Assembly: GCA_032718475.1 (NCBI GenBank)
Contig: JAUCBJ010001506.1
Coordinates: forward strand, 1-54,130
Direction of reading: 5' to 3'
Length of the DNA: 54,130 bases
Origin: Nemertoderma westbladi
Lineage: Eukaryota > Animalia > Xenacoelomorpha
The position numbers and the translations under genes were made by a program. Shown here piece after piece: positions 13,857 through 24,282 of the stretch. The notes below the pieces were generated by a model. That model ran no database searches. It saw nothing but the letters and a program-made list of their open reading frames with translations, and was not told where the DNA came from. The first letter of the stretch is position 1, and every line of letters starts with the position of its first letter.

Positions 13857-15179
13857 AACTTCGAACTCACTATTATTTCCATAAGCCCCATAGAGCTCTA
13901 AACCAAGTTCTTAGGAACTGTATACCATGTAGGAAAGCATTTAGTAGAGGCTTTTAACACAGCGAGAGGCACAATTACCTAGGGAAAGAGTAAGCTGTTA
14001 TGAACCACCCTTTACCAATACCGGTGTGGATTTATTTGGCCCTATTGAAGTGTATCGTGCTAGGACTATAGTCAAGCGATGGTGCGTCATTTTGGTTTGT
14101 ATGACTTGTAGAGCGATCCATCTTGATATGGTGAACGATCTATCTACCAACGGCTTCATACAGAGTTTACGCCGACAAATCGCTCGTTTTGGGACTAGCA
14201 ATACTATGAGATCTGAAAAAGGTACTAATTCCATTGGAGCCAACAACGAGATCAAAGCTTACGTAAACGATTGGAACCAAAAACAGGTGGACGATCAGCT
14301 GAGAGTAACAGCATCTAGCTGGACCTTCAACGCCGCCGACGCCCCTTGGTGGCAAAGAAATTGGGAGAGACTCATACATAGCGTGAAGACCGCATTTCAC
14401 TTTGTAGTGCCGTGCCGTGCCGCGCGTATCTCACTGACTCATTTTGTGGATGTTAAAGGAGGAAATAGCCGCCTATCTCAACGAGAGACTGCTTATGCCA
14501 GTCTCATCGAGTCCTGACTCCCTAGAAGTGCTAACACCCGCGCATTTCCTACTAAAGAAACCTGTAGCCATGCTCCCCCAGTCAGAAATAATGGACAGAG
14601 ACGAATACTGCCGACAAACCTGGCAACTTATGCAGTTATTATCCCATCGTTTTGCTGACCATTTCGAAAAATATTATCTTCCTACGCTGCAGCTTCGAAC
14701 AAATTGGTTTGCGCAGCAAGAAAATATCAGCGCCGGAGACATGGTCCTCATTGTGGAATCCGATCTTCCCCATAAGAGGTGGCAGACAGGTCGTATCATC
14801 GAGACTCATATATCCGATGATGCTTTAGTGAGATCGGTAGAACTCGTAGTCATGCGACGTAACTACAAAACGAAACTTTGTGAAACAAGGCGACAAAATC
14901 AGCAACTTAATCGCCGGGTTGGTCGTCTATGTTTATTGGAAAGAGACTGAGAGTTGTCCAGCAACTACGGAAAACAAGAGACTCTTCCTACGACCACCTC
15001 CCTAATCCAACAAACATCTAGGGACTCCACAACGTAACCGTGATTGGAGTGGGTGTGTGACTCTATTATTTTATTTGTTTTATTTTATATTTATGTACGC
15101 ATTATTACGTAATTTATATTATTATGATCGTTTTATTTAATTTTATTTAGTAGATTAATATTTTAGACTATTATTCAGT

Positions 15180-15210
15180 TGTCCGAGTTCGCTTGACCTA
15201 GTAGTAGTAG
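15180..15210 (+). mobile_element. 31-bp 3'-end stub of an RTE LINE with 11-bp TSD
   Basis: TGTCCGAGTTCGCTTGACC(TAG)4 between two copies of TATTATTCAGT (15169-15179 and 15211-15221); one mismatch to the 3' end of the RTE at 47046-47075. Confidence 0.85.
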
Positions 15211-15631
15211 TATTATTCAGTAGATTAGTGCAATATATTTCGCATTTTATTACTTAATTACTTAGTATAATATATTTCGTTAACGGCGAGAAATAATGTC
15301 ATTTTCTCTTTCCGTACTGTCCGTATTCTATTATAAATACGTGACTACAGTAAGATGAAATGTCGGTACTTATTAAAGTGCATCTATACCGCTCCTACTA
15401 TACTTAGGTATTATTGGTAAAGTAGAGTATTAGGAATGCAAAGTTCAGATCCTCGTGTCTCGGCTAAACCAAGCTTTGGGTAGACCTTGGAAACGACTTG
15501 CCTCTTCTCACTGACATTGCTTCTTGCAATATTGCTCTCGTACGATATTTTAAATAATACGTATAGTAGGAAGATATCCATTTAACAGTAGCACTGTCGA
15601 AGTAAATCTGTTAAAATCTTTGACCAATAAA

Positions 15632-15990
15632 TCTGTTAAACCCTTTGACCATCTGAAATTCTAGTCGATTAAGATATTGCGGCACCCACCGATATACTTG
15701 AAAGACAAAATTCTAGAATCAGTGGTTAATGTCCCCAGACATGTTCTGGAATAAATCGGTGCCCATCCTAATATTAACTATTTGTTAAATATTCACAATG
15801 TTTGTTATAACAAATGTTAAAATAAAAGAAAAAAGAAAAATCTGTTAAACCTTTAGATCTTCTAAACATTTAGTCGATGAAGATATCGTGGTGCCCACCG
15901 ATATACTTAAAAGACAAAATTTCTAAAATTCATGATTAACGTCCCCAGACATGTTCTGGAATAAAACTGTGTCTATTCAAATATTAAATA
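15632..15990 (+). repeat. Diverged duplication of about 150 bp (period about 210 bp) inside the BEL internal region
   Basis: TCTGTTAAACC...CCCACCGATATACTT...GTCCCCAGACATGTTCTGGAATAAA occurs at about 15632 and again at about 15841. Confidence 0.75.
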
Positions 15991-16038
15991 ATAAAATTCA
16001 CGGGAATAAATTTTAAATTTATATCCACTCATGAATTA

Positions 16039-16919
16039 CACCATAACCCTTAATACAACAACCATTTTTAGGGGGTCAGAGCCCCCCCCCCCCCCCTAAT
16101 TTTTTTCAAATTTCAATAAAATGCTACGAAATTTGGTATGATGATAGATCGACACCTTTTCTTACTGGTGGCCTGGCCCCATTTTTTAATTTATGAGCTA
16201 TTTCGATACAACAAGCTGTTAAAAATCGTCTATTTCGCAATATTTAGACACCTCCGTCAGATTTATTTTTCGTCTTTGGAATGTAATCTAGATATCATTA
16301 GAACCGCCTTCATCTGCAGATTCCGAATATGAAACCCGTCTTAAATTTCACCAAGAACTTCCGGAGATATTATCAAAATACTATGGTGTAAATTTATGTG
16401 ACGTAAATCGCTATAATTCTAATGTTTTTATTACTCAATTCTATAATATTAATTATGGGTATTGAAAAAACAAGATCGAGAGTTTTAAACGCTCAGCTAA
16501 ATAATAATTAATATTCTAGAATAAAGACAACAGAAAACATCAGAATTATAGCGATTTATGTCACAAAAATTTACACCTTAGTATTTTGATAATATCTTCA
16601 GAGGTTCTTGGTGAAATTTACAACGGGTTTCATATTCGGAATCTGCAGATGAAGGTGGTTCTAATGATATCTAGATTACATTTCAAAGACCTAAAATAAA
16701 GTCTACGGAGGTGGTAAAACATTGCTAAATAGATATTTTTAAGGGCTTGTTGTATGGAAATAACTGGGAAATTGAAAAATTCGGCCAGGCCACCAGTAAG
16801 AAAAGGTGTCGATCTATCATCATACAAAATTTCGTAGCATTTTATTGAAATTTGAAAAAAATTAGGGGGGGGGGGGCTCCGACCCCCTAAAAATGGTTGT
16901 TGTATTAAGGGTTATGGTG
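16039..16919. mobile_element. Foldback (near-complete palindrome) TIR element, TA-flanked, Tc1/mariner-like
   Basis: TA|CACCATAACCCTTAATACAAC... and ...GTTGTATTAAGGGTTATGGTG|TA; arms of about 420 bp around a spacer of about 45 bp; ORFs 16138+ and 16630- are mirror images. Confidence 0.88.
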
Positions 16920-17674
16920 TAAATAAATAGTCATTTTATACAATTTATTAATATTCCCAAAATTCCATCAATTAATAGATCATGGGAGCGGAGATCCACC
17001 CTATTAAGTATAGCAGTGTGAGAGAATCTCCAGTGTTACAGACAATAACCGACAAAATTAATAAAAATCATATATAAGGGGAATAATAATAACCCAAGAG
17101 TCGCTATTAAATAGCATCCCAGATCTGCATGCATGAGAAATACCCTAATTCTACCGCTAGTTTTGCATAATGTCACCATAGTAACAGCCACACTAGAATT
17201 AGAAGTGAGTTAAAAGAACAATAGAAAGCTTACCCCATTGAATAGCATGCGTAATACATAGCATTTTAATAGTATCCAAGGATACATAATAATAATGTGG
17301 CATTCTGGAAGGCATCTGACTATAGGACAAATGGCCCTAAATTCTACAAATTGTGGCAGGAATGTGGAATTTGTGTATTAGGTGAATGTTGCTACTAAAG
17401 TGTGTTTACAGTAGCGAGCCGCAATTGTGAAAGTTATCCTACATCTGAAACAAGTACCTCCAGTATATTCGAGCCCTTGGGATGGACAGTAGAGTGACTC
17501 GCGCTGATTATTGTTGTCGTTGTGTGGCTACTATGTTGGCGAGGGGCACAGCAACAGCAGTCAGCGCTGAGGATCTCAGGGCTGTCCGGGGGCAGCAGCG
17601 GATTCCAGCAGGGGAAAGGCAGCGACGCCTGCTAGCCTTATTTATTATAATCTCTATAAACTCATATATCAATT

Positions 17675-19826
17675 ATGACTGAGTTGATAGAAGATGATCT
17701 TGGTGTCAGGGAGCGATATACTCAACCTCTACATGCGTTTGTTGATAGTTTGATAAGCAGTAATGCGAGTCAACATACAACGGAGAACGATGGACGTTAT
17801 ATCGAACCTCCAATGTCCGAGGAACAGCTCAAGCATGAATTGGACTATAGAAAATTCACTGCTCGCTATACGCATCGTAATGGTATGTATATGGACTTCT
17901 TAACTACTGGTCATCCTTTTGATTTACATGATACAGACGATGTGGATACCGAAAGGGAGATGATTTTATTTCAATATCATGCCCAGCGGAGTCGGAACGA
18001 CAAACTGATAATTGAACATGAAAATTATATTCGAAACCAACTCGAAAGAGAAGATGTTGAAGAACCGGACAAGCATAGTGACGTTTAGGAATATTTAGAG
18101 TTCCTGAGAGAAACTTATCTCAATGTAGCTAGTCAACAAAATCTAGAAACTCGATATCCGCAAGGTATACATCCTAATCCCATGATGGAACATAAACGAC
18201 TGTATTTTACTATGATGTATCTTATCGCCAATCGGCCACTACCTGTTGTACCGGATAGCTTTGAACAGATGGAGGAATATTGTAAAACTGGAGAAAGATC
18301 GCCAGTGTTTCCTTTACAAGACGTGCGTCTTTGGTATTACTGCAATGAATGCCCTAGACCCAATCAACAAATGGAGCGACATAAACACCCGTGGAGACGT
18401 TGCGCTAAACACAGTTTTACTCGCTGTACTTACGGGAGTTTTGAGCGAAACTTGTTCGACGTACCACCTACGCTCGCTCGGATCAAGTGATCCTTAAGTA
18501 AACCTATGATCAGAGTTTCGGAATACTGGGTCAGACCTCCTCATTCCCCGGTGCGACCGCAGCCTCTCGACCCTAATAATATGACAGATCCTCCTGAGTT
18601 GTACTCATTGTTCAAAGATCTGGTGTTACCCGAACAATTAGTCGGTGGCACTCCGGTTGTGGGCTCTTTGGATATTCGCTCATCCTACCTAGCTGAATTG
18701 GGATGCGGACATCTAATATCTCCGTTCAACGCATATAATCGTCCTGGTTTGACTCCGATACAACCTGTCACCGAGGTGGAGGAAAGTGTTACGGAATGCA
18801 CTGGACGCGATTTGACAAAAGATCAGAAAGGGAACCTACGATTGTTTAGACAAACATAGATTACAGCAACAAGTCCAAGTGGTAAAAGAATTAGCTTTAC
18901 CTCAGTTCGATCATGAAATCAAGAATCTGGAGGAAGATATTGAACTTGGACATACATATTCGCTACAAGAGTTCTTAGACGAACGCTTTCAAAGACAAGC
19001 AGAGGAGAATCAGCTCAAGGAGAAACATATCGAAATGGACGAGAGAGAAGAAGTAGCTTTAGCCCAACCTGAAGCTCAAATACTTATAACTGATCTCTAT
19101 TCCAAAACCATCATTCATCCTTCAATGGTCCCTCATTTTGGAGATAAACTATTCGCAACAGTACAACCTCAACCGGTTGATACCAACTTGAGATCTCGAA
19201 TTTCTTATCATTGACCCTCCTATGTTACAACGTCTGCCGATCGAAGCTGCTTGTGTCGACGGTATACTCGTTGAACCTCCGGACAATCGCGTGGATCTTG
19301 TCCGTCGTATGGTACACGAGGTTAACATATGCGCTAGACTTTTACAGAACTCATTTTACAGGATCAAAGACACCCCTACTATGTCCATTTAGCTCAATAT
19401 TATATGGTGAAACCAACCCGAAGATCTTACACATAGTTTAAAGTTTCTACCATTGTTGGGTCCCCTAGACCTTGTTGAACTTGAACAACTACAAAAATAT
19501 TTGGACCAATTAACTAAAGCAAACTCATTTAGAAAACATTATAATATCTCCAGAATAGAAAATGACATAATACCTCCATATAACCTCGATAGATTTATTA
19601 AAACTAGACTAGTCCATTAGAATTTATATGTATTGTCCAAGGAAGAAAGAATACGGTGAGTAATTCACAAACACACACTCTGAATTACAAGAAGTTCATA
19701 GACGACCATATGAATACAAAGCAAGGGAACGCGAATTGGAAAAAAACGATTAAACCAAGAAAATTCCTTACTACATACGGCCGACCTACCGCTGTCGTAC
19801 AGACAACCAATCAAGGACCAGTATGA
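17675..19826 (+). pseudogene. Additional decayed ORF of the BEL element, between pol and the 3' LTR; unknown product
   Basis: ORFs 17675, 18182 and 18506 share one frame and are separated only by single stops (TAG 18086, TGA 18488) with open linkers. Protein-like text continues through frameshifts (about 18810, 19200, 19340, 19440) to about 19826. The end point is approximate. Confidence 0.7.
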
Positions 19827-20148
19827 GCTGCCGTCCTGAAACGAGCCCTAAAGGTTGTCCAATCCCGATCCACCAATATCAATATCGATCAACCGGGTAC
19901 CTCGACCGGCGGATACACCGACCGCAATCCTAACCCTTCTGATGCCATTGTATTGCACCCTTCCCCCAGGACTTATAGCCATCCTAGTAAAGTGGCTCGC
20001 CCCAAAGAGAAGAAGACTCTCACCAGTCTTAAAAAACTTCGTAAACGCTGTTTGCGAAAGAAGGACTGATAGTTTAGAGTATTTTTATATATTAGAAACT
20101 GTGATTTTTATATATTTTATAGACTTAAATCCCATTTTCTGGGAGCGG

Positions 20149-21202
20149 TGTAAACGCTTTTGCGGACAAAATAAGTCATTTTGCGCATTACGCTAAATAC
20201 TCTAAAGGGACTTATAATTGTACACCTACGTGTCTGTCAAGAAACCCAAAGTTGGGATGATGAAATCTACCAGCTGTTCCTTTGTGTGAGGATGTTCTTT
20301 GTTGAGATATATTTTCAGCCAATCAGAGCGATCTCCCTTTTTCTGTCTACAGCAGCCTACGGGAGATGACGCAATAGGCAGTTTTTCCAAGAATCCATGC
20401 TTGATTCAGGATTCATTCGAACATTCTGACTTTCAGACTTTGCCCTAACATCAGAGGCTAGAGTCATAGGAACGCAAATCTATTAACATAACACTGCACA
20501 CGAACGTATTTCACATATCATACATTGCACTATTCATAACTCATAACTCGACATATCACACCACTGCACTACATTCTAATATACTGTTGTATATTGTTGT
20601 TAATTGCTGTTTATATTAATGGATGTTATATTTGGAGAATACTGATAAATAATCGTAAATCCCCCTCAACTTCTTAATTACTGAGGTAAGCAGAAGGGTG
20701 TATCAGTAGCAATTGTGGCTCAATTTATAGTGGTTTTTGTGTGAATTAAATGCTATTTCATAATCCCAACGTACATGAGTTGCAATCCTCCTTATATATG
20801 ATCAAATCAGTGACAGTCGGCAAATCAGTGTGTATTAGTGTGATATTAGTGTGAAGGTTAATAAAGCATTCCTAAAGAATGCGCCATTTGCGATATCCTA
20901 TTGCGTGATTAGTGTAAGTCATAACTCTGTTTGATACTTAAAGCGCCGGGTCCCAAAGGAACTGTTAATATTTCCCCGAAAGTAAATATAGTTGTCGGAG
21001 ATTATATAGTAGTGATCAATCGAATAATACAAAGTAGCCTACCGCAATATACCAATCTAGAACTGATTCCAGTCTCCCACACCCGTGGGTTATACGCCGC
21101 GCTAGGCTGGCTTCAGCTGATGTCAATTAGTACGGGCAAAGGTCGATTCAAGAGACACATAAATTAGCAGGTTAAACTGTTAAAGGTCTAAAAGCGCGAA
21201 CA
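20149..21202 (+). repeat. 3' LTR of the BEL/Pao element
   Basis: TGTAAACGCTTTTGCGGACAAAATA ... GGTCTAAAAGCGCGAACA, followed by TSD GAATC. Confidence 0.93.
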
Positions 21203-22437
21203 GAATCCTCAGATCCCACCGGAACAACCCTCTGTAAATAATCCCATTCACTTCGCAAACTCCTGGTGAAAGCTGCATAGGCAGCCTGAGTTTGGTTTGT
21301 GGAAGCTTTGGAAAGTGTTAGTACTGACGATTCCCAAACCGCTACTTTATGGAAATATACTCCGCTTGAAGGGTTGCATCCCCCACGAAACCACCTAGAG
21401 AACGGGTCCCCTTTGTAATTCCTTTTCCTTCCACACAGATTCCATGATTGCGGAATAAGTCGCGCGCCCTGGGAATATCACACTCCTCAACAACTAATAT
21501 ACATTTATCTGGCTCCGGGTAATATCCAAGGGAAGGGCCATACTCGTTATGGATAATAAACCATTCTAACAATGCCTGTAACAAAGCAGCACTCTGGGCA
21601 TCATCAGCGAACCAAATTTGGATCCATTTATCTAAGGCTTTCAACTTAGTAATAAGAGGAAACACAGCGACAGCATACCCCAACATCGCTAGAGGGTCTC
21701 CTTGTGTAAATCCTTAGTGGCTAAGCAGAATAGTTGTTACCCATTTCTCACTATGGGTTATGAGATATGCGTAACCACAGTGAGTATTGAACAGGAAGCG
21801 TGAACAGCGAGGCCATAGGACCCGAGCATTCCAAAGTGCTGCAACCCGATTTATTGAGTTAAAAGCATTTCTGGCATCGACGAGTAAAATACCACAGGTC
21901 GCGAACAGCATGAACAGCTGCCTTGATTCCAGATGATAAAGCACTGCACAGTTGATCTGTGCCACACAGCAACTTGACATCGACCTGGGTTATCTCAGTC
22001 ATACACTTCCCAAGAACTCTCCTCAACGACTCCCTGACTCCAATGGGTCGAACACCAGGGCACTTATCCAAGGCAATTAACCTGCAGGCCATTAGAGCCC
22101 TAATAGAGGGGGCACTCAACCGCTTGATTGGCTAGCCTTCGAACTAAACTAGCAGCTAGCTAGCAACTAGCACTGGCTGCACCTCGGTACAGCAGCATGT
22201 CCTGCCAGTGGCGAGCGTCGGTTCCTCCTGGCCCCGCACCCCCATGGAGTTTCCTAGCCACTGCCTCTACATGATTAGCTGTAATATTTACATCCTCTAG
22301 CACAGGGAGTTCCTCATTTAAGTTAAATAAGGCTTCTGCCTTTGGAGAAGTCGAACTCGGGTGTTTATCATGCAGAATATCCAAAACCCGCTACTTGCAA
22401 CCCTTCACTTCAATATCTGCCTGTACATCAACCTGAA
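21203..22437 (-). mobile_element. CRE-clade non-LTR retrotransposon, RT region, 5'-truncated and decayed
   Basis: [65 protein letters not shown] and QAAYAAF...SEWDYLQR. The frame continues across the BEL insertion into position 3416 and below. Confidence 0.85.
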
Positions 22438-22824
22438 TCTCACTAGCCTAGTTACGCGTCACCGATGCCATGACTTCATACTTTTTGAGGAAGATTTTTC
22501 TAGAATAATTTGTATTTAATTACATTTATCGCGATTTCTTATTACTGGGTGCACATGAATTGATGGAGTTTTCAATTTATTAACTAAACGCGATATCGCG
22601 CATCGCACCAGCATGGTTTCGAAATTCCAAAACGAGGTCTTCACTATTTGCAGGTCGATTTTGTTCTAGAATAAGCAACTAATAATATATAGAATTTATT
22701 AATAATTATTGTATGAAATAGGATTGAATTTTTACATAATTATTAGTTCTATACTATTTCTCGTTGTCTCTTTTATTTAAAATAAAAAGTCGGTTCCTTA
22801 TCGGGCCGCTAGGCCCGTCACTAG
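22438..22824 (+). mobile_element. Small non-autonomous Helitron-like element
   Basis: 3' hairpin CGGGCC-GCTA-GGCCCG followed by TCACTAG|T; a very similar terminus lies at about 41995-42020. The 5' boundary is inferred from where CRE homology stops. Confidence 0.5.
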
Positions 22825-22922
22825 TACATTGTGTGGTGTGGGAATGGTGTGGGGTGTTGTATTAACTAATATTAATCCCCCCCCCCCCCCCCCCCCACTC
22901 CTCCTCCTTTACTGATTACATG

Positions 22923-23024
22923 GTTGCATGCAGTGGTGTCACTTCATTTCTAAGCATACTGCCCCTGCCAGTTGCCTGCAGTGGTGTCACTTCATTTCTA
23001 AGCATACTGCCCCTGCCAGTTGCC
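22923..23024. repeat. 48-bp tandem duplication
   Basis: GTTGC(A/C)TGCAGTGGTGTCACTTCATTTCTAAGCATACTGCCCCTGCCA, two copies. Confidence 0.9.
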
Positions 23025-24282
23025 AAGACAGGCTGGAGGGAGGATTTATTGACTAAGTCCACATTAGTAGGCCTATGCATAGGATTAGGATAGCTGATAG
23101 CCATTCTATTTGCCTATCGTATTTGGATTAATCGTATATCAGTATATAGACCTATGCTGTTTACAGTTTACGAGCTTAGCATGCATGCTCTTGAACTTGG
23201 TACTTTCTGACTTTTATCATTTATCCTTCCTTACGACCTTAATAGGCCTAATTAGTAGGCCCTAGTGATGTTATGTCAGTATTATAGGCTACCTATATAC
23301 ACGCAGACATGATACTGTATACCAGTATACTGATATACTTTAGTACGGTAGTGTACACGAGGTGCAAGTCCAAGGCCTAACCAGGAACCAGCTGAAATTT
23401 ATTTAACTGTCTGACCGGTACCGGCAGACCGGTAATGCATAATGTAATACAGCTGTACAGACTTCACCCCAGGCAGCCAGGTTGGAATTTATGTAGACAG
23501 GTAGAAGAGTTTGCTCAACATGCTGACATGTGTGGCGCGGATTAAGGATCCTGGCGAGTAGTGACAGGGCGTGTGGCGCGCATTGCTGCATTGAGGATCC
23601 TGGCGCGAATATGGTGTATGGCTGTACGATCAGACGATCTAGCATAGCAGAAGCAGTGCACTGGCAACAGGTTCTAGGCCTACTTGAAATTATTCCATAC
23701 GTTTAAAAAGATTGAGACTAATTGCGATTTTTAAGCAGCCTCATGGTTGATGGTCTAGTGGTGCTGGTGACAACCTTAGGTTTTTAGTAGGACCGCCTTC
23801 AGGCCTAACCTGGCTACCGCCAGACCGCAGTACAGGTACCCCTGCAGCCCTGTAACGTGCTCGATCAGGCTGCAAACTGGCAAATTTATTTATTTATTTA
23901 TTTATTTATTTATTAACACGAAATCAAATTTAAAAAAAAAAACAAAGCAACAGATATTAATACAAAATTATACACGAAATACATTTACTAAATATAAGTA
24001 AAATATTGTAATTGTGATATAAGATACATTATATGGTTCGAGGGAGAGGATACCTACCAGGCATATAGCACTTATGGTGGTCCATAATTAGTTTTAGTGT
24101 GAAAAAAAGAATATTGAAAATGAAATTAAAATTAAAATTACACAAGGAATGTTGAAGAAAATTAAAAAGAACATTAAATTTAAAATAATTGGTTCAAAGT
24201 AAGAGAAAATATCCAGTTTGACCATTGGAAAAAATAGAAAAAAAATAAAAATAAAAACAATACTAACGAAATTAAATACATT

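Larger units (their letters stand above)
6264..14950 (+). pseudogene. BEL/Pao gag-pol polyprotein, disrupted by stops, frameshifts and a solo LTR
   Basis: Gag core (KFNGDEMKWLPF...EKLRLLIECLEG); triple Cys/His knuckle (CVLCKGPHRLSGC, CYNCLRRGHQRRKC, CAKCGAKHHILLH); protease ALLDSGST; RT VRVVFDGS...YMDD; RNase H LHVFGDAS; integrase HAG...CIPC and GVDLFGP...AIHLD; C-terminal GDMVLI...WQTGRI...VRSVEL...LCLLE. The ATG at 6264 is a tentative start. Confidence 0.9.
3422..21202 (+). mobile_element. BEL/Pao LTR retrotransposon, full length with nested insertions
   Basis: Two related LTRs starting TGTAAA and ending GAACA; identical 5-bp TSD GAATC at 3417-3421 and 21203-21207; BEL-type gag-PR-RT-RH-IN order; short purine-rich GGGAGCGG immediately before the 3' LTR. 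Confidence 0.95.

Noticed and set aside
16983-16991. TGGGAGCGG identical to the sequence before the 3' LTR (possible central PPT)
   Set aside because: A 9-bp match is too short to support.
17675-19826. Calling the extra BEL ORF env
   Set aside because: The position fits, but no signal peptide, TM anchor or glycoprotein-like cysteine pattern is visible.
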